Below, piece after piece: positions 1 through 9,786 of a stretch of DNA of 64,000 bases. Every line of letters starts with the position of its first letter. The first letter of the stretch is position 1. The notes below the pieces were generated by a model, which had not been told where the DNA came from, made no database searches, and saw nothing but the letters and a program-made list of their open reading frames with translations. The translations under genes and the position numbers were made by a program. This stretch comes from a virus (lineage: Duplodnaviria; Caudoviricetes). The stretch is from IMG/VR virus record IMGVR_UViG_3300035182_001152; one strand, 5' to 3'.

Positions 1-86
1 ACGCTCCAACGGAGACAACTGATGATGGCGTTTCCGCCAAGCAGAAGCGAATGGCCAAGCACGCAGAAATGCAAGCAGCTGAATAA
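1..86 (+). CDS. 3' end of an upstream gene (partial)
   Basis: Frame 3 reads APTETTDDGVSAKQKRMAKHAEMQAAE to TAA at 84-86; identity not recognisable. Confidence 0.4.
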   Translation, partial: APTETTDDGVSAKQKRMAKHAEMQAAE

Positions 87-138
87 ACTGTTGTAAGGTC
101 AACCAAAACAGGTCATAGTGATATGACCTGTTTCCCTT

Positions 139-684
139 ATGCAAATCATCAAACGACAAACCGCTCAACAATCTGGCCTAAACAAGTACTTTACGGGTAA
201 GCCATGCAAGTCCGGACATATATCAGAACGATATGTTCACAGTGGTGTTTGTATTGCTTGCCTACGTAAGAATGTTGATCGGTACCGGGCGAGTCACCGC
301 GAAACTGTGAATCTGCGAACGAGGACTTGGCGAGACCATCACCCGGGATACTATACGGATCGCTATGCTTATGATTCATCTAAGTCCAAAGAATGGACTA
401 AACGATGGAAACAAGCCAACCCAGCTCGTGTGGCGCTAATGCAGGATCGCCGCGGCGCCTTGTTAGCTCGTGCTACTCCTACGTGGGCGGAGGCAGAATT
501 GATCAAGCAGGTATACCGCAAGCGTGATGAACTTAGCAAGGTGTGGAACATAGATCTGACGGTAGACCACATTATACCGATCCAAAGTGATACAGTGTGT
601 GGGTTACATTGCTGGGCAAACCTTCAACTCATAGAAAGAAGCGATAATGGACGAAAACACAACAAATACATTACCGACTGGTAA
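139..684 (+). CDS. HNH homing endonuclease
   Basis: N-terminal YFTGKPCKSGH..ER..SG.C..C Zn motif; C-terminal VDHIIPIQSDTVCGLHCWANLQLI HNH motif. Confidence 0.85.
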   Translation: MQIIKRQTAQQSGLNKYFTGKPCKSGHISERYVHSGVCIACLRKNVDRYRASHRETVNLRTRTWRDHHPGYYTDRYAYDSSKSKEWTKRWKQANPARVALMQDRRGALLARATPTWAEAELIKQVYRKRDELSKVWNIDLTVDHIIPIQSDTVCGLHCWANLQLIERSDNGRKHNKYITDW

Positions 685-1708
685 GCCTCGACCAGCTGAA
701 CAGCTAATCCGTGACAACTTGTTAGTTAAGCATTACGCGGGTAGCCGTGCCTATGGCACTAATTTGCCCACGTCAGATACAGATTTTCGTGGCATCTTTG
801 TCGCTGACCCAATCAATGTGCGGACACCGTTCTATCCAATCACTGAGAAGGTGGACACAAGTGAGGAGGACACAGTAATCTACGAGTTGGCGCAGTTTAT
901 GAAGCTGACGCTGGACTGCAACCCCAACGTGATTGAGACGCTTTGGGTTGATCGTCAAGACATCGTGACTACTTCTCCTGCTTATGAGGTTCTTCGTCAA
1001 AACGCAGGTGCCCTGCTATCAAGCAAAATTGCGTTTACTACGTCTGGATACGCCCTGTCACAACTGAAGCGGATCAAGGGCCACAACAAGTGGATCAACA
1101 ATCCGCAGCCGGAAAAACGTCCTCAGATGATTGACTTCATCTCACTCGTCCACAACTTCACAGGTGCAAAGACGTTCAAGATCGACCTGCGCAATTACCA
1201 AGACAATCACCGCCTGGTTCCATACAGTGGCGATACGTACGGTCTGTACCAAGTAAATGGCTATTCACCGTACAACGCAGAAACGGGTGCACTAAACGCA
1301 GACTATGAAGGTGACTCCAACGCGCTCGGTGTGCCGTTGTTCATCATCAAGTTCAACCGTCAGGTGTACTCTGACGCTGCAGAAACGTGGGAGAACTACT
1401 GGACGTGGAAAAAGAATCGCAATGTCGCGCGTAGTGCGCTCGAAGAGCCATTTGGTTATGACTGTTACACTGATGATACAGAATTTTTGACTAACACGGG
1501 ATGGAAACGGTTCGACGACGTCTCAGAGACAGATACTCTAGCCACGTTTAACCAATTATCGCATAAGATTGAATATCAAGCTCCGACAGAACGAATTGAT
1601 AGTAAGTTCACAGGCAATCTATACCATTTGACAGGGCATCACGTCGACACCCTCGTGACTTCAAATCACAATATGTACGTTCAGGACCTCGTATGGAAGA
1701 AAAACTAG
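647..1708 (+). CDS. Pol-beta-superfamily nucleotidyltransferase, N-part, fused to an N-terminal intein fragment
   Basis: GSRAYGTNLPTSDTDFRG NTase motif; sequence runs to LEEPFGYD and then switches to intein; the usual C-terminal helices are missing. Confidence 0.8.
   Translation: MDENTTNTLPTGKPRPAEQLIRDNLLVKHYAGSRAYGTNLPTSDTDFRGIFVADPINVRTPFYPITEKVDTSEEDTVIYELAQFMKLTLDCNPNVIETLWVDRQDIVTTSPAYEVLRQNAGALLSSKIAFTTSGYALSQLKRIKGHNKWINNPQPEKRPQMIDFISLVHNFTGAKTFKIDLRNYQDNHRLVPYSGDTYGLYQVNGYSPYNAETGALNADYEGDSNALGVPLFIIKFNRQVYSDAAETWENYWTWKKNRNVARSALEEPFGYDCYTDDTEFLTNTGWKRFDDVSETDTLATFNQLSHKIEYQAPTERIDSKFTGNLYHLTGHHVDTLVTSNHNMYVQDLVWKKN
1463..1705 (+). other. Intein N-fragment (81 aa), no C-terminal splicing block
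   Basis: Block A CYTDDTEFLTNTGWK and block B VTSNH, then a stop at 1708. Confidence 0.8.
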
Positions 1709-2220
1709 AGCACGTTCAGCGGCTGCTGAGCCTGTTTGATGACAGGGAGACTCACAAGACAGCGCACAATCGAGAGATTGCGGCTGCATTGAACGATGGA
1801 CTACTAACAGCGCTGTTTGAGCTGCTTGGACTCCCAACCGAGGACGTTGTTTGGGAGGATTTCTTCGTTCTCGACTCCGTGATCGTCGTTGCCGTCCAGA
1901 TAACATACGATACAGCGAAAGAACGCACGGAATTCCTGCGTTTAATTGCGCCTGTAAAGGCTGACAAAGACGTTACGCGAGTGACTCGCTCTGTCAAGTT
2001 TGGCATTCCTCTACTGAACGCGTTTGAGCCGTTGGATCAGATTAAACAACATTTGATCAACCTCGCTCGTGAAACGACCGCTGCTACAGAGGAACCTCCT
2101 GAACTTGTTGGACCACCTAAGCCACCACCCTCTACAAAATTCGACGCAGAGCCGCTGTCCGATGACCAACTAATAGCATTGATGGCCATGCGCCGTATCT
2201 CAAAGGCAACAAAACAATGA
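1693..2220 (+). CDS. hypothetical protein
   Basis: 175-aa ORF, AGGA RBS, coupled to uvsY by an ATGA overlap. Confidence 0.7.
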   Translation: MEEKLEHVQRLLSLFDDRETHKTAHNREIAAALNDGLLTALFELLGLPTEDVVWEDFFVLDSVIVVAVQITYDTAKERTEFLRLIAPVKADKDVTRVTRSVKFGIPLLNAFEPLDQIKQHLINLARETTAATEEPPELVGPPKPPPSTKFDAEPLSDDQLIALMAMRRISKATKQ

Positions 2221-2675
2221 GCAGAATTGCAGACTTGGGAGAAAAGAACATCAACTTACCAAAGCTGATTGGTGAGTATGAAGACGCTCTGTCAACAATC
2301 GACGACAACTTGAAGCTGTCGGGGAAGACCCACGATCAAGCACTCAAAGAGCAAGCAACGTGGCCAATTTACTACAGCCAACGGCGTGCTGAGCTAAAGA
2401 CGCTGATGAAGTACCTTGATGCACAGGTAGCTTCTGTACGCGGGTCGTTCTCACGCCGCTACAACGAAAACTACAGCACGAAGCTTGGTGAGCGCATGAT
2501 GGAGCGTTACATCGACAACGAGGAGGCATACGTCAAGATGTACGAACTGTACCTTGAAGTTGCCGAACTGCACGATAAGTTCGATGCTGCCGTTGACGCT
2601 TTTGACAAGCGGGGTTTCGCATTGCGAGACATCACCGCTGCACGTGTTGCACAGATCCAAAGCGCACTCTTATAA
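2217..2675 (+). CDS. uvsY: UvsY-like recombination mediator
   Basis: Helical 152-aa protein ending KRGFALRDITAAR, directly upstream of uvsW. Confidence 0.65.
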   Translation: MSRIADLGEKNINLPKLIGEYEDALSTIDDNLKLSGKTHDQALKEQATWPIYYSQRRAELKTLMKYLDAQVASVRGSFSRRYNENYSTKLGERMMERYIDNEEAYVKMYELYLEVAELHDKFDAAVDAFDKRGFALRDITAARVAQIQSALL

Positions 2676-2679
2676 CAAC

Positions 2680-4215
2680 ATGACAACAACAAGAAGCGAA
2701 TGCAAAATTCGCCTGCTAGATGAGGTTACAGCGTTTGTCGTCGGTCTGCGAGGAGAGCACCTGGAGGCTCTGTCGGACCGCTACGCCGTCAATGCAGCGA
2801 ACTATTTCTTCAACCCACGGTTCAAACTTGGACAGTGGGATGGTAAGATCCGTTACTTCCACAAGAACGGCAAGACGTACATTTACCTGTTAGATGACAT
2901 CCTGCCACGCCTGGTTAAACTAGGGTACAAAGTAACGATTGAAGACCTTCGCTCGCCAGCACCTCAACCAGAGTTGGCGACTGCTGATATGTTTAAGGAC
3001 GTGCTCCACCCGGATACAGGTGAGCCGATCATCCTGCGCGACTATCAGTACAACAATGTGAACAATCTAATTGAGCACGGTAACGGCTTAATTATTGCAT
3101 CAACTGGTGCGGGTAAGACGCTGTTGTCCGCATGTCTCGTTAACTCATACGGCAAGCTTGGCCTGAAGACGTTAACGATTGTTCCCAACCAGGATTTGAT
3201 CCGCAACACCAAGCAAGACTACATCAATTGCGGTCTCGATACGGGTGAGTATAGCGGCACATCAAAGACGCTCGAACATCAACACATCGTGTCAACGTGG
3301 CAAGCGTTGAAGAACAATCCAAAGATCATCGAACTGTTCCAAGTGATTCTTGTTGACGAGTGTCACGGTGCAAAAGGCAACGTGCTGCAAAAGATCCTAA
3401 CAGATCATGCAGCACGAATTCCGTACCGATTTGGTGTCACGGGCACGCTACCGAAGGATCCATCCGATGTGATGTCGATTAAGGTTGCTCTTGGGCCCGT
3501 TCGTGGAACCGTCACGGCAGCAGAATTGATGGATCGTGGTATTCTGGCACAGCTGCACATTGACGTCCTGCAGTTGGAAGAAGACTTACGCGACGAGTAC
3601 AACAAGTTCTGCGCTGAAGACGTTGTCAACGTTAAGCCACCTACATACACGGCGTTCAAGGACGCATACTTCGGTGATTTTGCAGCGGAAAAGTCGTACC
3701 TGCATCGCAAAAAGGATCGGATTGAGTGGATTGCAGACTTCTTGTGTGCTAAGCGTGACACGGGGAAGGGCAATGTATTGTGCCTCGTTGACAGTATTCC
3801 GTTTGGACGCCAGCTAGCAAACATCATCCCTAATGCAATCTTCGTCAATGGCCAGGATGTCAAGAAGTCTGAAGAGCGCCAGAAGATTTACGACTTGTTC
3901 AAGAACAACGACGATCTCGTTGTGATTGCAACTGTTCACATCGCAGGCACAGGCCTAAACATTCGACGAATCTTCAACCTCGTGATGGTTGACGTGGGCA
4001 AGTCTTTCATCCGTGTGATCCAGGCGATTGGTCGAGGATTACGCACAGCTGAGGACAAGAAGTCTGTGATTGTGACCGACATTTGTGGAGACCTCAAGTA
4101 CAGTAAAAAGCACTTGAAGGAACGGACAAACTACTACGAAGAAGCCCAGTACAAGTACAAAAAACACCAAATCGACTACGTTAAGCAGATGTCCGCTCTT
4201 GACGGGTTCGAATAA
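2680..4215 (+). CDS. uvsW: UvsW-like SF2 DNA helicase
   Basis: LRDYQ, STGAGKT (Walker A), DECH, GVTGT and QAIGRGLR motifs; start adjusted to ATG 2680. Confidence 0.9.
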   Translation: MTTTRSECKIRLLDEVTAFVVGLRGEHLEALSDRYAVNAANYFFNPRFKLGQWDGKIRYFHKNGKTYIYLLDDILPRLVKLGYKVTIEDLRSPAPQPELATADMFKDVLHPDTGEPIILRDYQYNNVNNLIEHGNGLIIASTGAGKTLLSACLVNSYGKLGLKTLTIVPNQDLIRNTKQDYINCGLDTGEYSGTSKTLEHQHIVSTWQALKNNPKIIELFQVILVDECHGAKGNVLQKILTDHAARIPYRFGVTGTLPKDPSDVMSIKVALGPVRGTVTAAELMDRGILAQLHIDVLQLEEDLRDEYNKFCAEDVVNVKPPTYTAFKDAYFGDFAAEKSYLHRKKDRIEWIADFLCAKRDTGKGNVLCLVDSIPFGRQLANIIPNAIFVNGQDVKKSEERQKIYDLFKNNDDLVVIATVHIAGTGLNIRRIFNLVMVDVGKSFIRVIQAIGRGLRTAEDKKSVIVTDICGDLKYSKKHLKERTNYYEEAQYKYKKHQIDYVKQMSALDGFE

Positions 4216-4233
4216 CCAAGGTATACTTACACC

Positions 4234-4722
4234 ATGTTAATCTTCGACGGCAATTCGCAACCAATCATTCTTGACAGCATTCACGGTCCGACAGTAACAG
4301 AGCATATGTGGGTGCTCGACCTTGCAATGCTCGATTTCACTCTAGCGCCCCTGTTGATGCTGGAGGAGGTCGTATGCCCATCCATTCGTGTTCTAGTTCG
4401 TGGGTTTGAGTTCATTCTCCCCGCCAACTGGTCTGTCTTGGTGTACGATCGAGAGTCCGCACAACTCGATGTTGTGGAGCTAGCAGAAACTGCGGGGCGT
4501 GAATTCACAGCGTTTACGTATGGTCCTCAAAAGTCAGCTCCATCACCAGCAATCATCACCGTAACCAACTACTACGTTGAGCACAAAAACGTAGGTCCGT
4601 CGCTGAATAAGCACCAAATGCTGTGTCACCCCATTGGGCCTGACGAGTGGATCTGTGTATCCCCCAGCGATACGTACAATAAGTACCTAAAAGACATCAT
4701 CGTTGGTGACTTAATTGGTTAA
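4234..4722 (+). CDS. hypothetical protein
   Basis: 162-aa ORF packed in the + strand operon. Confidence 0.7.
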   Translation: MLIFDGNSQPIILDSIHGPTVTEHMWVLDLAMLDFTLAPLLMLEEVVCPSIRVLVRGFEFILPANWSVLVYDRESAQLDVVELAETAGREFTAFTYGPQKSAPSPAIITVTNYYVEHKNVGPSLNKHQMLCHPIGPDEWICVSPSDTYNKYLKDIIVGDLIG

Positions 4723-4731
4723 GGAAAGAAC

Positions 4732-5106
4732 ATGGCATCAGATAAACACGTAAGTGTAGCAGAGTTGAAGACATTCATTGACGCAGTAGAGTTTGCGTCA
4801 GATGCAGACAACTGGATCCCAAGTCAGCGCCAATGGGAGCGAATTCGGTCGATGATTGACCGTCTCGAAGATGCTCCCGCACCACCTCCGCCTGCTCGAT
4901 ATGTGCCAGACAATCAACAGATGATGCAACTCCCTCAGCCATCAATGATGCAGGTTCCTCAAGGGGGGATGATGCCCAGTATGATGCAACCACCTCAGAT
5001 GCTGCCTCCAAACGCTCCATTTGCAGCAGGTAACCCAGCAATGCCTGTTCGCACGCCTGATATTGACACAATGGGGAAGCCGTACCAAAGTGCCTTCGCA
5101 GCTTAA
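4732..5106 (+). CDS. hypothetical protein, Pro/Met/Gln-rich C-terminus
   Basis: AAGGA RBS, 124 aa. Confidence 0.7.
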   Translation: MASDKHVSVAELKTFIDAVEFASDADNWIPSQRQWERIRSMIDRLEDAPAPPPPARYVPDNQQMMQLPQPSMMQVPQGGMMPSMMQPPQMLPPNAPFAAGNPAMPVRTPDIDTMGKPYQSAFAA

Positions 5107-5629
5107 CACACAACTGAAAGACCGCATTCTGTGGTTTGATGGCGACTCCTCGTATGAACCGAGGAGTTTGCTGTATGCAATGCGTCAAGCTGACGTCAAT
5201 TTCGTTACGGAATTGAATGAGATGGTTGCGGAATATAACCGCAATGTTGCCGCATCGCAAGAACTGCGGGTCAAAGAATCATGCGGTGAATTGTCGTTTG
5301 ATTGGACGATTCCTGACAAATACAAAACACTAGATGTGGTTGATTATCTGTTTCAAGCGCATCAAATGCTATTTGAGCACGTCAGTCCAACAGAGTTTGA
5401 TCAGCGTGAAAAGCGCCTTGCAGAGGAAGTTGTTCTGTATCAGAAGCTCGGTCTTTTTGACGTTTTGCGGGCCATTATTTGGATCATAAATACGTTGACC
5501 GCTACCAACACCGTCTGGGGTATTGGTAGAGGAAGTAGCGTGTCGTCATACGCGTTGTTTGTGGTAGGTGTTCACGATGTGGACAGTTACGCTTACGATC
5601 TGGACATAGACGACTTTTTGCACGAATAG
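5090..5629 (+). CDS. DnaE (Pol III alpha)-like fragment 1
   Basis: RLAEEVVLYQKLG..WGIGRGSSVSSYALFVVGVHDVD matches the DnaE GRGS region; probable GTG start at 5090. Confidence 0.75.
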   Translation: MPSQLNTQLKDRILWFDGDSSYEPRSLLYAMRQADVNFVTELNEMVAEYNRNVAASQELRVKESCGELSFDWTIPDKYKTLDVVDYLFQAHQMLFEHVSPTEFDQREKRLAEEVVLYQKLGLFDVLRAIIWIINTLTATNTVWGIGRGSSVSSYALFVVGVHDVDSYAYDLDIDDFLHE

Positions 5630-5639
5630 GACACCATCT

Positions 5640-5870
5640 ATGTCAAACGCAGTTAAGAGTGCTCGTGGTCAACTTGTTGATTTTGATCACTTGAAGATCA
5701 AGCAACAACTAGCCACAGCTCCAAAGCCAACCAATGTTAAGGCTCGTGAAGACTTCATCGACCAAAAATTCAAGCGTCGGTTGAAGAAGATCAGTCGTAC
5801 CATTGTTGACACCGCCGGTCCGGGTGACGACTTTGTCGACGAGGACGAAACACCAGAAGAAAGCCTATAA
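5640..5870 (+). CDS. hypothetical protein
   Basis: 76-aa ORF with AGGA RBS. Confidence 0.6.
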   Translation: MSNAVKSARGQLVDFDHLKIKQQLATAPKPTNVKAREDFIDQKFKRRLKKISRTIVDTAGPGDDFVDEDETPEESL

Positions 5871-5874
5871 CCAT

Positions 5875-6453
5875 ATGAACCTCACTGCAATCAATAACGT
5901 AATCATATTCAAATTCGTAGACGCTGTAAATGCCAAGGGCGAGTTCGAAAAAGCCGCCACTGAGTCAGGGATCATCCTGAAGGGTAGTGTAGACGACAGC
6001 GCAAAGTCCCCTCGTTGGGCAACTGTGACACACGTTGGTCCAGATTGCAAGGTTAATGTGGGGGATCAGATTCTGATCCCCAACCTTCGCTGGACAAATG
6101 GCTTCAAGGTCGACGGTGTGTATCACTGGAAGACGGACCAAACGCAAATCGCGGCTGTCCGCTCTGCGGAAACAGGTAAACTGAAGGCGGCAAATGACTA
6201 TGTGGTGTTCGTTAAGAACAAGCCATCATCTTCATTCACCAGCCAATCCGGCCTGTTGATCATGTCAGCCCCGACAACAGACACCCCGAGCGGTCGTGCT
6301 CTGTCAATCGGCCCTGATGCGGATCCGGAATTGGCTGATTCCACCATCTACTACAGCGACATCAACTTCACGAACGACTTTACTCACGGGTCTGTTTCCT
6401 TGGCTTTCGTCAAGGAAGAAGAAATCTTCGTGTACGTTCCTGCTGGAGAATAA
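5875..6453 (+). CDS. groES: co-chaperonin GroES-like protein with two tandem domains
   Basis: Domain 1 LTAINNVIIF..TESGIIL..VTHVGP..VGDQIL; domain 2 LKAANDYVVF..SQSGLLI..LSIGP. Confidence 0.7.
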   Translation: MNLTAINNVIIFKFVDAVNAKGEFEKAATESGIILKGSVDDSAKSPRWATVTHVGPDCKVNVGDQILIPNLRWTNGFKVDGVYHWKTDQTQIAAVRSAETGKLKAANDYVVFVKNKPSSSFTSQSGLLIMSAPTTDTPSGRALSIGPDADPELADSTIYYSDINFTNDFTHGSVSLAFVKEEEIFVYVPAGE

Positions 6454-6455
6454 TC

Positions 6456-7835
6456 ATGTTTTTCATCGGCTTGCTGATGCTGTCAACGACAGCAATCGCA
6501 TTCGCTGCTGCATACTTTAGCGTCTATGGCCTAGCAAACACCTTTGCCGGTGTTTTCTGGTCTGTAGTCGTCATGGGCGCATCTTTGGAGGCCGGCAAGC
6601 TGGTCGCCGCCTCATACCTGTACCGCTATTGGTCAACTACCAACGTTGTCCTGCGTACCTACCTGATGGCGGGGGTGGCGGCACTAATGATCTTGACGTC
6701 AACGGGTATCTTTGGTTATCTGTCGACTGGCTATCAACAGGATGTGTTGCCCCTGCAGCAGAAAACTGAACAGATCAAACTCCTCGAGGATGATCGTACC
6801 CGGTCTCTTGCTCGGAAGACTCAGATCGATACACTAATTGCCGGTGGACCTTCACTGACAAACCTAAACCGTGCCAACGGTACGATCGACCCAAACGCAG
6901 CCCGCACCCTCCGCGAAACAACGAAGGCTCGCGCATCGATGGTCGCTCAGTACAAGGATGAACAGGTGCAAGTAACGAAGCACATCGCTGATTTGGACAC
7001 TCAACTGCTGTCCCTTAAGCAGGATGTACTCAAGGTACAGGCACACGTTGGCCCAATCATCTACATTGCGCAAGCCTTTGGTCTACCTGCAGACGACGCA
7101 ACGAAGTACCTGATCTTCATCATTATCTTCGCATTCGACCCGATGGCCGTCGCAATGACCCTCGCAACGAACAATGCACTGCGTCTGCGCAAGGAAGAGA
7201 AGGACTCAAAGGAGGCTGGTGCGATCACACCGCCAGCTGCTGAGCCTGAGCTACCTACACCGATCCCCGAAGAGGTCCAACCTGAACCAGCGCCAGTAGT
7301 TGATGAAGTGCAGCCAGCGCCAGTAGCGGAAGAGGTGCAACCACTTGCAGACGCCATTGGTCCTAACCCAAATGAGGTGCTGTATGATTGGGTTCAAAAT
7401 CATGGTACAGCAGAGCCGTCCGCAGATGAGATTGTTGACGACTGGGTCCGAAATCACCCAAGGTACGATCCGGCCGTACACGAAAGTGCACAAGAACAGC
7501 CAGAAGTAACTGTTTCTGAGCCTGCTGTACATGAAATTGAGCAACCAGAGCCAGAAGTAACTGTTTCTGAGCCAGAGGCAAAAGCGGAAGAAGCTCATGA
7601 GCCTGAGCCGGCACCCGTGCAACCTGTGATCAGCCAGGGCCGTCGCTTCCGTCCTGCGCACGATCGCTGGTCGGACATGGATCACTCTGGTACGAAAATG
7701 CGAGAGCTGATCAATCACCACAAGTACCTGAAGGCTAAGCAAGATAACGGTGACACGCTGTCCGCTGAGGAAGCCTGGGAACTAAATGCAATCGAAGCTG
7801 TGCTTCGCAAGCACGGGGTTGACATGTATCTTTGA
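6456..7835 (+). CDS. membrane protein with coiled coil and acidic Pro-rich tail
   Basis: Three N-terminal hydrophobic segments (LEAGKLVAASYL, ILTSTGIFGYLS), a further TM (IIIFAFDPMAV); 23-nt direct repeat at 7500-7522 and 7551-7573. Confidence 0.75.
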   Translation: MFFIGLLMLSTTAIAFAAAYFSVYGLANTFAGVFWSVVVMGASLEAGKLVAASYLYRYWSTTNVVLRTYLMAGVAALMILTSTGIFGYLSTGYQQDVLPLQQKTEQIKLLEDDRTRSLARKTQIDTLIAGGPSLTNLNRANGTIDPNAARTLRETTKARASMVAQYKDEQVQVTKHIADLDTQLLSLKQDVLKVQAHVGPIIYIAQAFGLPADDATKYLIFIIIFAFDPMAVAMTLATNNALRLRKEEKDSKEAGAITPPAAEPELPTPIPEEVQPEPAPVVDEVQPAPVAEEVQPLADAIGPNPNEVLYDWVQNHGTAEPSADEIVDDWVRNHPRYDPAVHESAQEQPEVTVSEPAVHEIEQPEPEVTVSEPEAKAEEAHEPEPAPVQPVISQGRRFRPAHDRWSDMDHSGTKMRELINHHKYLKAKQDNGDTLSAEEAWELNAIEAVLRKHGVDMYL

Positions 7836-7896
7836 CCGTTGAAGTTCTCCTCGGTAATCTGTATAGTTTGAATACAAGCCGAGGAGAATAACGACA

Positions 7897-8832
7897 ATGG
7901 CAGCACAAAATAACCACTCGCTCTGGGTGGAAAAATACCGTCCTCAAACGGTTGATCAGTACGTTTTCCATGACCCACGCCAGAAGAGCGCTGTAGAGAA
8001 CATGATCAAGGAAAAGTCAATCCCTCAACTGCTGCTCTCGGGCGTACAGGGCAGCGGAAAGACGACGCTAGCGCAGATTCTCATCCGCGCAATGGGCCTT
8101 GATGACATGGACGTACTGACGATCAATGCCTCCGACGAGCGTGGCATTGATACATTCCGCAATACGATCAAGAACTTCGCCCTCTCAATGGCGATGGGTC
8201 GCTTCAAGATCATCCACCTTGAAGAAGCGGACAAGCTAACACCTGATGCACAGGCAGCTCTCAAGCGATTCATGGAAGAAACGAGCGAATTTGTTCGCTT
8301 CATTCTGACATGCAATAATGTCAGCAAGGTGATCGCTCCAATTCGGTCTCGGTGCCAGGAGTACTACTTCCGTGGCGGCGACGTCAATGACGTAACGGAA
8401 TATGCACTTCGCGTTCTGTGTGCTGAAAAGGTCAAGTTTGACCTCGATCTACTTGACAAGTATGTAGCGAATGGCTATCCTGATGTTCGCAAGATCATCA
8501 ACCTCCTCCAACAGAACACGATCAACGGTGAGTTGCAGCCTCCTGTATCCAGCGGTGAAACTGGCGACTACAAGTTCCAGCTACTCGACTCGCTGGAGGC
8601 AGACAAGTGGGTTGAAGCACGGAAGCTCGTGTGCGCAACGGTAACGTCGGATGAGTGGGAAGGTGTGTATCGATTCTTGTACGAGAACCTACATCGCGCA
8701 CCATCGTTCTCAAAGAAGGACAAGTGGGAAGAGGCGATCATCATCGTCGCTGAACACCTATACAAAAACACGATTGTTGCTGACCCTGAGATCAATGCAG
8801 CAGCGATGTTCATTCGCCTGGGTCAGATCTGA
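7897..8832 (+). CDS. clamp loader AAA+ subunit (RFC/gp44-like)
   Basis: WVEKYRP, GVQGSGKTT, INASDERGID, LEEADKLT, IRSRC. Confidence 0.92.
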   Translation: MAAQNNHSLWVEKYRPQTVDQYVFHDPRQKSAVENMIKEKSIPQLLLSGVQGSGKTTLAQILIRAMGLDDMDVLTINASDERGIDTFRNTIKNFALSMAMGRFKIIHLEEADKLTPDAQAALKRFMEETSEFVRFILTCNNVSKVIAPIRSRCQEYYFRGGDVNDVTEYALRVLCAEKVKFDLDLLDKYVANGYPDVRKIINLLQQNTINGELQPPVSSGETGDYKFQLLDSLEADKWVEARKLVCATVTSDEWEGVYRFLYENLHRAPSFSKKDKWEEAIIIVAEHLYKNTIVADPEINAAAMFIRLGQI

Positions 8833-8863
8833 CTCTGCGCCAACAGTTAAACAAGGAGACAAC

Positions 8864-9232
8864 ATGACCACAGATCTATCAAACTTTGGGATTTCAACGC
8901 AGGGCGCACTGTCAGCGTCCGACGCGATCGTGGGCGCCAAGCTTTACACAGTTGCCCCGTCACCGTTCGGCGTAGTTGCTACGCCGAATAGCTTCGACCC
9001 CGTGCATCTACTACAACGGATTGATGCATTGGAGACTCGACTCCGAGCAGTAGAGGGCAGGTATGACTCAGGTCAGGATGACCCCAGCTACTTCACAAAG
9101 TCATTCAACACAACCAAGCAAATCACAGAAGATTACACCTCTGGCTTTAGCTCCGGTCGCTCCTCTTTAGTCGAGCACCTACCAAACGATCATGTGTATG
9201 CATACGATCAAGCAATGAAGGTGGTGAAGTAA
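8864..9232 (+). CDS. hypothetical protein
   Basis: AAGGAG RBS, ATG 8864. Confidence 0.6.
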   Translation: MTTDLSNFGISTQGALSASDAIVGAKLYTVAPSPFGVVATPNSFDPVHLLQRIDALETRLRAVEGRYDSGQDDPSYFTKSFNTTKQITEDYTSGFSSGRSSLVEHLPNDHVYAYDQAMKVVK

Positions 9233-9234
9233 TA

Positions 9235-9786
9235 ATGAAAATGTGTCCCTCATGCACGAAGTTATTAGCAGTGGACCTGTTTGCTAGGGATAAAACCCGC
9301 GGTGATGGTCTTGCCCGTAGCTGCAAAGCGTGCACGAAGACATATCGTCAGAAGTGGCTTGCCACAAAGAATGAGACCCAACGAAGCCAAATGCGGTTGG
9401 ATATCAAGCGCTGGGGATTGGAAAACCCAGCCCAGAAGTTGTTGCTTGATCGCCAGTATAGAAAGACTCAGCGTTACAAAAGAACTCAGAGTGAGTACCT
9501 TAAACGTTGGAGACCAAGTAATAAGCACATAGTTAATGCTGCTCATGCACGACGCCGAGCTCAGCAACTACGGGCAATTCCCATCTGGTTTGAAGCAGAT
9601 CAGGTGAAAGAAGTTTACAACCAAGCTAATAGACTATCTAAGCTGTTCGGCAAACGCTTCCACGTAGATCATATAATTCCGTTGATGAATCCCACGGTAT
9701 GTGGACTTCATTGTTGGCATAATCTTCAAGTGCTAGATGCCCAACTTAATTTGAACAAAACCAATTCATACCAACACGATTGGTGA
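9235..9786 (+). CDS. HNH homing endonuclease
   Basis: N-terminal CPSC..DGL..CKAC; C-terminal FHVDHIIPLMNPTVCGLHCWHNLQVL. Confidence 0.85.
   Translation: MKMCPSCTKLLAVDLFARDKTRGDGLARSCKACTKTYRQKWLATKNETQRSQMRLDIKRWGLENPAQKLLLDRQYRKTQRYKRTQSEYLKRWRPSNKHIVNAAHARRRAQQLRAIPIWFEADQVKEVYNQANRLSKLFGKRFHVDHIIPLMNPTVCGLHCWHNLQVLDAQLNLNKTNSYQHDW

Noticed and set aside
7260-7620. Internal repeats in the membrane protein as a mobile or regulatory element
   Set aside because: They are in-frame duplications encoding a low-complexity Pro/Glu linker
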